A stretch of DNA of 54,252 nt, from positions 1 through 54,252 of the forward strand of contig CAYGPH010000003.1 of assembly GCA_964351815.1 (NCBI GenBank), given 5' to 3'. A model generated the notes under the pieces. That model searched no databases, was not told where the DNA came from, and saw only the letters and a program-made list of their open reading frames with translations. The position numbers and the translations under genes were made by a program. Below are positions 39,746-52,394 of this stretch, piece by piece (the first letter of the stretch is position 1; each line of letters opens with the position of its first letter). This stretch comes from an uncultured Verrucomicrobiales bacterium. Its GTDB lineage: Bacteria; Pseudomonadota; Alphaproteobacteria; Paracaedibacterales; CAITNM01.

Positions 39746-41020
39746 CTATATGGGGAACTTTAAAGAAATTTTCAACCCCCCATGCTTAGATTTTGTTAAA
39801 ATAATTTTTCCACCATGGGTTTGCATTGTATCTTTTACAAAGCTAAGTCCTTGTCCATAGGTGTTTTTATTGTTTTTTTTAAAAAAATGTGTGGGATCAA
39901 AAATAGAAATTTTTTCACTATCTTGAACACCTGGTCCATCATCTTCAAAGTTAATAACAATTTCTTGGGTCTTTTCTTTGCATTCAACCCATAAATTTTT
40001 GCTGTACTTATTAGCATTTAAAACAATATTTTCAATAGCGGTTGTAAACTCAAGTAAATTGATACTTAAGGGCTGATTGTTTTCTGGTGTAAAATGCACA
40101 TTAAGATTTTTCCCTGCAGTTTTTGTAAGAATATCCGTTAATGTGCTGGCAATTGGGTGGGGCTGTTTAATTTGGGTTTCTGATTGCTGGGTGAGGGCAG
40201 AAAAATTATCAAGTATGCGTTGTATTTGATTAATATTTTTTTGCAAAGGCGCTAGGGATTTGTCTTTGGGCAATTTCTTAAGATTATTATCCATTTGTTC
40301 AAGGGGTGTGCGTAGGTCATGGGTGATATCTGATAAAATTTGTAATCTGTCGTGAATATAGCGTTCTATTCTGGCACGCATTTGATTGAACGATACCGTA
40401 ACCTTGCGAATCTCTGTTGCACCGTAAATTGGTAATGGTTTATCAAGTTCACCTTTACCAATTTTTTCTGCAGCATCTTCTAAGGCGGTTAAAGGCTTTA
40501 ATTGATTGCGCAGAAAAAGAATTGCTATGGTAAATAATACAAGTGTAGATAGTAAGGCCCAAATAATAATGTAATAGGTGGTCCGCGAAAATAATCTTTT
40601 TTTCGGCATGGAAACACTTAATGTATCCTTTTCATTTATGGCAATATCAATAAATATGAAATCACGCTTAATGCGAAAAAAATAGGGATGTTGTAAACGG
40701 ACAGCCAAAGCATCATCCAAAAATTCATAAAGCCACTTTTCTTTATAGGGACCAACTTTATCTAAAGTTGAGTCTGGATGCATTGTAAGATTCAAATCAA
40801 GTGTTGAAGCTCTTTCTTTGGCTTTTTTATATGGTGAATGTTTTACCTCTTCAACAATAAATGCTACATCACCAGCAATGGTTTTTGATAGCTGACGTAA
40901 AATAGTTTCCGTATGCCGTGTGAAGAAAAAGTAACCTAATACAATTTGCAAAAGCACTACTGGCATTACAACAATTAATAAGGTTCGGAAAAACAAACTT
41001 TTAGGCAAAAATTGTTTCAT
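39746..41020 (-). CDS. EnvZ-like two-component sensor histidine kinase
   Basis: Two TM segments. H-box SDITHDLRTPL, N-box NANKYS, G1 DDGPGV, G2 GQGLSF. No response regulator lies adjacent. Confidence 0.88.
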   Translation of the reverse strand: MKQFLPKSLFFRTLLIVVMPVVLLQIVLGYFFFTRHTETILRQLSKTIAGDVAFIVEEVKHSPYKKAKERASTLDLNLTMHPDSTLDKVGPYKEKWLYEFLDDALAVRLQHPYFFRIKRDFIFIDIAINEKDTLSVSMPKKRLFSRTTYYIIIWALLSTLVLFTIAILFLRNQLKPLTALEDAAEKIGKGELDKPLPIYGATEIRKVTVSFNQMRARIERYIHDRLQILSDITHDLRTPLEQMDNNLKKLPKDKSLAPLQKNINQIQRILDNFSALTQQSETQIKQPHPIASTLTDILTKTAGKNLNVHFTPENNQPLSINLLEFTTAIENIVLNANKYSKNLWVECKEKTQEIVINFEDDGPGVQDSEKISIFDPTHFFKKNNKNTYGQGLSFVKDTMQTHGGKIILTKSKHGGLKISLKFPI

Positions 41021-41080
41021 AGGACTCGCATATCCTTTTTGTTAAACGAACATAGCATAAAATGAGGGCAAAAACAAAGT

Positions 41081-41353
41081 TTATACGGCTTTTAAATCCA
41101 TTGTAGCACTATGAAGCCCCTTGGCGAAAAAGGGTTTTAGGCATTTGTTAACACATTTATGTTGCTCTAATCTTGATAAGTTAGAAAAGCCTGCCCAGGT
41201 TATTTTTATGTGTACATGGGTTGGGTGGTTTGCCTTTAAATCGTGCATGGCAATATGCTTTGCATGTTTTTCGGAATCATCCCTTAATTTTATATCACTG
41301 CCAATAGCAGCTTTTGCAATAGTCTGGTAAATTTGTTCAAGGGTAAATGTCAT
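41081..41353 (-). CDS. bolA: BolA-family protein
   Basis: Start set to ATG 41353 (90 aa, MTFTLEQIYQ...). BolA-like FSNLSRLEQHKCVNKCL...GLHSATM. The ORF-track extension to 41440 is unlikely. Confidence 0.85.
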   Translation of the reverse strand: MTFTLEQIYQTIAKAAIGSDIKLRDDSEKHAKHIAMHDLKANHPTHVHIKITWAGFSNLSRLEQHKCVNKCLKPFFAKGLHSATMDLKAV

Positions 41354-41535
41354 AGAATTTCGAACCAAAAGATATTTTAAGTAAGTGGAATAAAAAATAT
41401 TCAACGTATTAATCAACATTATATGGTTAAAATTATACAAAAAATTAATTTTTTTTTACACAGGGTAATTTTTGTACTTGAATCCAAGAATATAACTCTT
41501 ATATAGGTTAGAAGGTTTTATAAAAAAATATTTGA

Positions 41536-43152
41536 ATGCAGAGAAAATTCTTAAAAATTATTTTTACCATTTGCATGGCTTACAATGTTTTAGAAAGTGC
41601 AGATTTAGATAGAATAGAAAAAGCGCTTTTTATTTACCGCGATGCCCTTGAGGAAGTAAAGGAAAACTTACCCACTCCATCTGTAAAAGATTTTTGTGCT
41701 GAGTGTGAAGAAAAAATTATTTTTTTAGAAGCATCCCTTGGGCAAATAAGGGATGGAAATTTAACGTTATCAACCTTCCTGTGTGATTTTTTAAAGGATA
41801 GAATTGCTGAATACAACAATGATTTTTATATGTTTTGTTCAAGCGGCTTTAATGTTTGTGGACCTGCAACAAAGGAAATGTTAGATTTTTTTGTTGATAA
41901 AAAAATACTCCTAGATTTTACTGAAAATAGCCATATTCGTCCCCTATCTAGGCTTGAGGTGGTCGAAGAAAATTTGATTTTGTCTGTATTTGAAACAATG
42001 GTGAAAAGTGAAACTGTGTTTTCAAATGAACTGATAAAGGTATTATCCTATTCGGTCTCTCTTCATCCCCTGTTGCGCTACGAACGTTTGCCTAATGTGC
42101 AACTCGGCTGCCAATCAGGGCAAAAAATGCTGAAAGACTTTTATATGGTTTTTGAAAAATATTTATCATTCGCAGAAAGGGACTTAAAGAGTAATGACGA
42201 TATCAATAAGTTACTAAAAAAATATGTAACAGATTTAAGTGATGACGTAAATGTTAGCGTCAGGCTTAAGTATTTTTTGTCTCATTACATGCTTAATCAT
42301 TGCGGTTTTATAGTTCAAGGGGAGAGAAATCAAAGGGATTTTCAAAAAATTTTATGCGAAGATGTAAGAGTAAATTGGATTTTAGATCAAAAAAGTATTC
42401 GTAATTTTAGTAAATTGCTTGAGGATTTACAGCAGGTATTTGAAGATTATTACTGTAAATCTGATGTGTTTCATTATTGGACATGTCTAGCTAAAAAAAA
42501 GTATTCAAAAACAAACACTATATATTTCAAATCAATTTCATCTAATCCATTAGATTTTATTCCTGAACAATTGTTGTCTGAAAAAAAGTTAAAGGCTTTT
42601 CGTGGGAGAGGATTGGTTTCAAGTGCTTACTGTGAATTAAAGGAAGCTCATTTTTTTTCAACACATTTCCAATTTAGCCCTGCATCAAGTGATACTGAAG
42701 GAGTATTACAGGACTTGGATGTTCAAGAGACTTTAGGGGTTTTGGATAGGTTTGTGCCAGAGGAAGTTGAAGAAGAAGGGGCAGAGCAAGTAAATGCAAT
42801 GCAAGCACTCTCGCCTAGCAAAGAAACAATTATTGAATATAAGAAAAGAATCATTCCTGTATTACCATATCAAGGGCCGGTTCCTAAAGTTAACCAAAAA
42901 ACGTTAAAGGAACTTCATTTGCTTGTTGAAGAAAAAACAAAGTGGACCTTTAAGCGTTTTAAAAATCTATGGGAAAGACTTGGCGGAAAAATTGTAAATA
43001 ACAGTGGGGGAAGCCATTACGTTTTGCTAGGGCCAAACAATGAAAAAATTTGTGGAATTTTTAGGCCCCATGGCAATGGTGGTGAACAATATTCACCCAG
43101 AATTTTGCGTTATCTTCAGGCTTCATGTTATTATTTAGGTGTTTTGGGTTGA
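41536..43152 (+). CDS. Hypothetical secreted protein with HicA-like C-terminal domain
   Basis: 538 aa with a signal-like N-terminus. The last ~70 aa (LGGKIVNNSGGSHYVLLG...IFRPHGNGGEQYSPRILRYL...LGV) follow the HicA/YcfA pattern. Confidence 0.5.
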   Translation: MQRKFLKIIFTICMAYNVLESADLDRIEKALFIYRDALEEVKENLPTPSVKDFCAECEEKIIFLEASLGQIRDGNLTLSTFLCDFLKDRIAEYNNDFYMFCSSGFNVCGPATKEMLDFFVDKKILLDFTENSHIRPLSRLEVVEENLILSVFETMVKSETVFSNELIKVLSYSVSLHPLLRYERLPNVQLGCQSGQKMLKDFYMVFEKYLSFAERDLKSNDDINKLLKKYVTDLSDDVNVSVRLKYFLSHYMLNHCGFIVQGERNQRDFQKILCEDVRVNWILDQKSIRNFSKLLEDLQQVFEDYYCKSDVFHYWTCLAKKKYSKTNTIYFKSISSNPLDFIPEQLLSEKKLKAFRGRGLVSSAYCELKEAHFFSTHFQFSPASSDTEGVLQDLDVQETLGVLDRFVPEEVEEEGAEQVNAMQALSPSKETIIEYKKRIIPVLPYQGPVPKVNQKTLKELHLLVEEKTKWTFKRFKNLWERLGGKIVNNSGGSHYVLLGPNNEKICGIFRPHGNGGEQYSPRILRYLQASCYYLGVLG

Positions 43153-43172
43153 GTAGCCATTCTGTGATTTAT

Positions 43173-43305
43173 GCATGGCAATATGCTTTACATGTTTTCA
43201 GGATAATCACTTAATTTTATATCGCTTATAATAGCTACTTTTGCAATAGTCTGGCATGTTTATTTAAGGAATAAGTGCCGCAGGATTTCTGGCCAACAAT
43301 TGTTA
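43173..43305 (-). pseudogene. Decayed copy of the bolA 5' region
   Basis: Aligns by eye with 41245-41375 at an offset of 1928 nt. The minus-strand reading QTIAKVAIISDIKLSDYPENM*SILPC compares with intact QTIAKAAIGSDIKLRDDSEKHAKHIAMH. It contains stop codons. Confidence 0.65.
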
Positions 43306-43422
43306 TTATCTGCATAGTACACTCCATAATTGTCTCGGACTAAAACCTTAGACATTGGTAGTATTTGACAAATCTACGATAAGCTGAAAAAGTATATTTA
43401 ATATTAACGTGAAGAATGCTTA

Positions 43423-43701
43423 ATGAACTTTAATATGATAATTGTTGGTGTGCTTTTTTTTAGTGCCGTAGCTCTTCTTTTTTTATCTGCATATTATGCC
43501 CTTAAGTATAAGAAATATAAAAAAACAAAGGATCTGTACTCTTTTTTATACTGTTTTGGTGGAGGTCAGTTTATTTTTTTAGTGCAAGGTTTGTTCATGC
43601 AAAAAGCAAAAATATCAACCATGGGTACTAGCATAAACGTTGTCCTGATGTTTATTGTTATAGGTGTGCTTGCATACCTAAAGGCAAAAAACAAAAAGTG
43701 A
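43423..43701 (+). CDS. Small hypothetical membrane protein
   Basis: 92-aa ORF with about 3 hydrophobic segments. No family recognised. Confidence 0.45.
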   Translation: MNFNMIIVGVLFFSAVALLFLSAYYALKYKKYKKTKDLYSFLYCFGGGQFIFLVQGLFMQKAKISTMGTSINVVLMFIVIGVLAYLKAKNKK

Positions 43702-43827
43702 TTGCCTAGTTTTTTTATAATGAGCTAGGACTTTAAAAATCAGTTTGATGTTTTTCCCAATACTTCTTGTCATTTGAATTGTCATAGATAATACTTAATT
43801 GATAAATTTGATACTTGGTCCGTACTG

Positions 43828-44298
43828 ATGAGTTTTAAAGTATTACCTGATTACGCCTTACCTAACCAGCATGGAAAAATTGTTACGAGTCAAGAACAAA
43901 TCGGATTATGGCAAGTGTATTTTTTTTATCCAAAGGATAATACTCCCGGTTGCACGCAAGAAGCCTGTTCTTTTCGTGATCAATCAAAGGATTTTGAGGT
44001 TGAGAGTGCAAAAATTTTTGGTGTATCGCGTGATTCGGTGCAAAGCCATTTAAAATTTGCCGAAAAACAGCAGTTAAATTTTGATTTGCTAAGCGATGCA
44101 GAAGATACTTTTTGTAAAGCAATGGGTGTTATTAAGGAAAAAACAATGTTTGCAAAAACTTTTTTAGGTATTGAACGGTCTACGTTTATTGTGAATCCAG
44201 ATAACCATATTGTAAAAGAATGGCGCAAAGTTAATATTAAGGGGCATATTGACGACGTTTACCAAAGCCTGCTAGATCTGAAAAAAAATACAAAGTAA
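43828..44298 (+). CDS. bcp: Thioredoxin-dependent thiol peroxidase (Bcp/PrxQ peroxiredoxin)
   Basis: 156 aa. Peroxidatic Cys motif FYPKDNTPGCTQEAC. Confidence 0.92.
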   Translation: MSFKVLPDYALPNQHGKIVTSQEQIGLWQVYFFYPKDNTPGCTQEACSFRDQSKDFEVESAKIFGVSRDSVQSHLKFAEKQQLNFDLLSDAEDTFCKAMGVIKEKTMFAKTFLGIERSTFIVNPDNHIVKEWRKVNIKGHIDDVYQSLLDLKKNTK

Positions 44299-44306
44299 AA
44301 GAAACA

Positions 44307-47820
<3,514 letters not shown>

Positions 47821-47822
47821 CA

Positions 47823-49823
47823 ATGGCGCGTTTACCCAAAGTTCCAAAGAAAAAAACTGCTAAACAGCCAAAGCGTCGTGATTTAAGAAAAACATCTAGC
47901 ATATGGCGTATGTTTCGCTATTTTGTTTTACTGTTAATGCTGTGGACAGCTTTAATAGCTGGTCTTGCTATTTTCTGGTTTGCCCAAGAGCTTCCATCGC
48001 TTAATTCCTTGAACTTAAACACGCGGACACCAAGCGTTACGATTCAAGCAGAAGATGGAACGATTCTTAGTACCTATGGCGATGCCTTTGAAGAATATGT
48101 ATCCGTAGATGATTTGCCAATTTATGTGCCACAAGCACTTATGGCGGTGGAAGATAGGCGATTCTATCACCATTTTGGCATTGATTTTTTTGGCATGGCA
48201 AGGGCTGTGTATGCGAATTATAAGGCAGGAAGAGTTGTGCAGGGTGGCTCTACAATAACCCAGCAATTGGCTAAAAATCTTCTTTTTAATCAAGGTACTT
48301 TTCAAGTTTCCGACCGTAGTATTCGCCGAAAAATTCTTGAAGCCTTATTATCTGTGCAACTCGAATGGCACTTTACTAAAGATGAAATTATGACCATGTA
48401 CCTAAACAGGGTGTATCTTGGTGGTGGTACCTTTGGTATTGAAGCAGCATCACAGCGTTTTTTTAATAAATCCGCACGTCAATTAAGTGTATTTGAATCG
48501 GCAGTAATAGCGGGTTTGTTAAAAGCCCCTTCACGGTATTCCCCATCGGCAAACCCTGAGCGCGCTAAGAAAAGGGCTAAGGTTGTTTTGCAGTTAATGC
48601 AGGAAGCTGGTTTTATAGGCAGTGCACGTAAGCATTTTAATGATGGTTTTAAGGTGCTCGAAAAACCTCAACGAGAGGCACACTTTGGGTATTTTTGTGA
48701 TTGGATTATGGAATCTTTACCTTTTTATGTAGATAGGGTTGATCAAGATTTAGTTGTGGTTGTGACCCTTGATCCAAATATGCAACGCCATGCGGATCAG
48801 GTCACGCGGGAATATATGCAAGAAATGGGGCCGGCATTAAACGCACGCAATATTGCCCTTACGGCTATTGCGCCATCAGGTGCGGTAAAAGCAATGGTGG
48901 GGGGAACAAACTATCAAAAAAGCCAGTTTAATAGGGTTACCCAGGCCCTGCGTCAGCCTGGTTCAGCGTTTAAAATGTTCGTGTACCTGGCAGCCATTGA
49001 AGCAGGTTTAGATCCAGATGATATGGTAGAAGATGCGCCAATTACTATTGGCAATTGGCGCCCCGGTAATTATACGTGGAAAACGCGCGGCGAAGTTCCT
49101 GCGCGACTGGCTTTTGCGCGCTCAGTTAATAGTGTGGTTATACGCTTAATGCTTCGTGTTGGCCCGAAGGCAGTAATCGATACAGCCCATCGTTTAGGCA
49201 TAACAAGTAAAATGGAAGAACATGTATCATTGGCCTTAGGTTCCATAGAAACTACGCCACTTGAAATAACTTCGGCATTTGCAACTTTTATTAATGGTGG
49301 CCGCAGTGTTTGGCCTTTTGGTGTTTTGGAAGTACGCAATAAGCGTGGTGAAATTTTATACAAGCACCAGTTTACGCCTACACCACGTGTAGTATCGCCC
49401 GATGCATACCATAAAATGCGTGATCTACTGCGTGAAGTTATAGCAACTGGCAGTGGTCACCGCATAAATATTGGGCCTGGCGTACGCGGAAAAACGGGTA
49501 GTAATGGTGACCGTGATGCATGGGCAATAACAACTCGTGAAAGGGCTGACTATGGTTTTAGTAATATCGCTTTAGGGGTGTGGGTCGGTAACGATGATAA
49601 TTCAAACATGTCTAAAAAATCTATGGGTAGCGCTATTCCATCAAGGGTTTCAGCTGCTTTTTACCTTGGCCCAGTAGTTTATAATGGCCCCAATAAACCA
49701 CCAAAAAAACAAAAAAAGCCGAATATAACTGATCTTAAAAAAAATACGGGCCATAAACAAAAAAGCATAAAAATTATTGATAATGGCCAAATGATTGATG
49801 AGCTTATAAGTGATATAAACTAA
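47823..49823 (+). CDS. mrcA: Class A penicillin-binding protein (PBP1A family: glycosyltransferase + transpeptidase)
   Basis: N-terminal TM anchor. GT51 motifs EDRRFYHHFGID and GGSTITQQLAKN. Transpeptidase motifs SAFK and KTGS. Lys-rich, non-conserved C-terminal tail. Confidence 0.92.
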   Translation: MARLPKVPKKKTAKQPKRRDLRKTSSIWRMFRYFVLLLMLWTALIAGLAIFWFAQELPSLNSLNLNTRTPSVTIQAEDGTILSTYGDAFEEYVSVDDLPIYVPQALMAVEDRRFYHHFGIDFFGMARAVYANYKAGRVVQGGSTITQQLAKNLLFNQGTFQVSDRSIRRKILEALLSVQLEWHFTKDEIMTMYLNRVYLGGGTFGIEAASQRFFNKSARQLSVFESAVIAGLLKAPSRYSPSANPERAKKRAKVVLQLMQEAGFIGSARKHFNDGFKVLEKPQREAHFGYFCDWIMESLPFYVDRVDQDLVVVVTLDPNMQRHADQVTREYMQEMGPALNARNIALTAIAPSGAVKAMVGGTNYQKSQFNRVTQALRQPGSAFKMFVYLAAIEAGLDPDDMVEDAPITIGNWRPGNYTWKTRGEVPARLAFARSVNSVVIRLMLRVGPKAVIDTAHRLGITSKMEEHVSLALGSIETTPLEITSAFATFINGGRSVWPFGVLEVRNKRGEILYKHQFTPTPRVVSPDAYHKMRDLLREVIATGSGHRINIGPGVRGKTGSNGDRDAWAITTRERADYGFSNIALGVWVGNDDNSNMSKKSMGSAIPSRVSAAFYLGPVVYNGPNKPPKKQKKPNITDLKKNTGHKQKSIKIIDNGQMIDELISDIN

Positions 49824-51388
49824 CAGACATCAATAAAGCTTTTCATTTAAAATCATGAGATTTTTTTCTTTCATGGTGAAATTTTTTTCATTATGTGTTA
49901 CGAATTAAAAAAAATAAATCGAACAAGATATGAAAAAATTTAGCCTAACCTTACTTTTTGTCACATGTTTATATGTTAACAGCCTTTTCGGTGCATCTTC
50001 TATGCCTGCACAATTTAGGGATGCAATAGCTGAATGCATCTTCCTTGAAGCAGAAAGTAATTTTAACAAAGCGCGGGCATTAGGTGAAAATCCAAAGCCT
50101 GTGCACGTTGCTGCCTGGGCTAAAGAACCTGCAGAATATAGCGCATTAAAAGCAATGCCAAAAAAAGAGAGGCAAAAAAAACAATGTGATTTTTATATAG
50201 AGGCGATGGAATTCGCAGGTAGGATTTTCGAAGGTGGTGCATTTTCCATTAGCCGCAATAGTTTATTATATCAAAGAATGTTTCTGCTAAATAACAAAGC
50301 ATCACATAATTTATTCGTAACTTACAAAAATTCAAGCAAGTATATTGAGCTTGATTTACGATCATATGAGGTATTTTATACATTAGCATTGTCAGGTATT
50401 TTTCAAGCTTATAGTGTTAAAGGAAAAAGATTTGTAGAAGACACTTTACTTCCAGAAATGATAAGAAATAATGAAAACATACTTGACCATGTAACATTTG
50501 ACATCGGAGAATATTTTGAAAATAAGGGTTCTAACATTTTTGAGTTTGTAGAAAAATGTGCTTTGAGGGATTTTTTGAATCAAGCAGTAAACGCAATCTC
50601 TGAAAATCATCCTACTTTCATAAGCTTTAAAGAATACTATCTACAGATAGGTATGAAACTACAGGGTGCACTAGAAAGCAGGGCATCAGCTACAAATCTT
50701 TTTAACAAAGCGCGGGCATTAGGAGAAAATCCAAAGCCTGTGCATGTTGCTGCCTGGGCCAATGAACAACAAGATTATAGCGCATTAAAAGCAATGCCAA
50801 AAGTAGAGAGGCAAAAAAAACAACATGATTTGTATTTAAAGGCGATAAATAACTTAGGTGGCTTTGATAAAATTGGTCAGCCTGAACTTTTGTCATGTCG
50901 AACATCACCTGAACAGCGGATGACCCTTAAAGAAAAAATTGTGCATAACCTATACACAATTTATAAGGATTCGCATCAACAGCTTAAAGTTGATTTATCT
51001 GCCTATTCAGATTTTTATAAAACAGCAATTTTGTTTAGTTATTATAAGTTTCACCTGCTTGACAAGGTATCTTTATACGATGTTTTGGTTGAAGAAATAA
51101 TCGAAATAAGTGAAATTCTGCTTGATACAATAACTGTTGATGACAAAGAAGCCTATATTCGAGTTAGGGATCAGCTTTATGATTTTGCTAAGGCTATTAA
51201 TAAAGAAGGTTGTTCAATAAGGGATCTGGCCGGTGTAACTGATAATGAAGAGATGAGAAAAGTCTTTGAAAAAATTTCTTCAAGAACTTCACGTGAAAGA
51301 ATTCAAGATGCAATACTTCTGCAAATGTTCGTGTTAACATAGGTTTTTATTCTGTAATATTTCGCATACCATTATTTAGAAAAACAAC
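49691..51388 (+). repeat. Tandem duplication unit 1 (1698 bp): PBP 3' tail + intergenic region + two-module secreted-protein gene
   Basis: Positions 49703-50004 are identical by eye to 51401-51702 (offset 1698). The unit is bounded by A-rich junctions caataaacca.../caagaaacta.... Confidence 0.88.
49930..51342 (+). CDS. Hypothetical secreted protein, two-module member of a local paralog family
   Basis: 470 aa with signal-like MKKFSLTLLFVTCLYVNSLFGASS. An internal module repeats 213 codons apart (FNKARALGENPKPVHVAAWA...YSALKAMPK.ERQKKQ). Confidence 0.6.
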   Translation: MKKFSLTLLFVTCLYVNSLFGASSMPAQFRDAIAECIFLEAESNFNKARALGENPKPVHVAAWAKEPAEYSALKAMPKKERQKKQCDFYIEAMEFAGRIFEGGAFSISRNSLLYQRMFLLNNKASHNLFVTYKNSSKYIELDLRSYEVFYTLALSGIFQAYSVKGKRFVEDTLLPEMIRNNENILDHVTFDIGEYFENKGSNIFEFVEKCALRDFLNQAVNAISENHPTFISFKEYYLQIGMKLQGALESRASATNLFNKARALGENPKPVHVAAWANEQQDYSALKAMPKVERQKKQHDLYLKAINNLGGFDKIGQPELLSCRTSPEQRMTLKEKIVHNLYTIYKDSHQQLKVDLSAYSDFYKTAILFSYYKFHLLDKVSLYDVLVEEIIEISEILLDTITVDDKEAYIRVRDQLYDFAKAINKEGCSIRDLAGVTDNEEMRKVFEKISSRTSRERIQDAILLQMFVLT

Positions 51389-51400
51389 CAAGAAACTAAA

Positions 51401-51521
51401 AAAAAAACAAAAAAAGCCGAATATAACTGATCTTAAAAAAAATACGGGCCATAAACAAAAAAGCATAAAAATTATTGATAATGGCCAAATGATTGATGAG
51501 CTTATAAGTGATATAAACTAA
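51401..51521 (+). pseudogene. Duplicated 3' fragment of the PBP1A gene (last ~40 codons plus stop)
   Basis: Identical by eye to 49703-49823, including the TAA stop. No upstream PBP coding sequence is present. Confidence 0.85.
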
Positions 51522-51627
51522 CAGACATCAATAAAGCTTTTCATTTAAAATCATGAGATTTTTTTCTTTCATGGTGAAATTTTTTTCATTATGTGTTACG
51601 AATTAAAAAAAATAAATCGAACAAGAT

Positions 51628-52394
51628 ATGAAAAAATTTAGCCTAACCTTACTTTTTGTCACATGTTTATATGTTAACAGCCTTTTCGGTGCATCTTCTA
51701 TGTCAGCACCAGTAAGGGATGCAATAGCTGAATGCATGTTCCAAGAAGCAGAAAGTTATTTTAACAAAGCGCGGGCATTAGGTGAAAATCCAAAGCCTGT
51801 GCATGTTGGTGCCTGGGCCAATGAACAACAAGATTATAGCGCATTAAAAGCAATGCCAAAAGTAGAGAGGCAAAAAAAACAACATGATTTGTATTTAAAG
51901 GCGATAAATAGCTTAGGTGGCTTTTATATAATTGGTCAGCCTGAACTTTTTTCATGTCGAACATCACCTGAACAGCCGATGACCCTTAAAGAAAAAATAG
52001 TGCATAACCTATACACAATTTATAAGGATTCGCATCAACAGCTTAAAGTGGATTTATCTTCCTATTCAGATTTTTATAAAACAGCAATTTTGTTTAATTA
52101 TTATAAGTTTCACCTGCTTGAATTGTCATCCTTATACGATGCTTTTGCTGCAAAAATAACCGAAATAAGTGCTACGATACAATAACTGTTGATGACAAAG
52201 AAGCCTATAAGGCAGTTAGGCATCAGCTTTATGATTTTGCAAAAGCCATTAACAGTAAAGTTTGTTCATTAGAAGATCTGGCCGGTATAACTGATAATGA
52301 AGGGATGAGAAAAGCCATTGAAGGGTCTTATCCAGCGCTTTCACGTGAAAGAATTGAGCTAGCAATATTTGGTCAAATGCTTGCGAGAACATAG
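51628..52394 (+). pseudogene. One-module paralog of the 49930 gene, disrupted by a frameshift
   Basis: The 185-aa ORF stops at 52185. The homologous C-terminal ~70 aa (TITVDDKEAYKAVRHQLYDFAKAIN...) continue intact in another frame to TAG 52392-52394. There is a 7-nt net deletion near 52170 relative to 51110-51125. Confidence 0.7.

Noticed and set aside
37928-41020. tolB without tolQRA/pal and a histidine kinase without a response regulator, considered as a possible novel system
   Set aside because: Scattered Tol-Pal and two-component genes are common in reduced, rearranged genomes. The partners may simply be elsewhere, which cannot be judged from this window.
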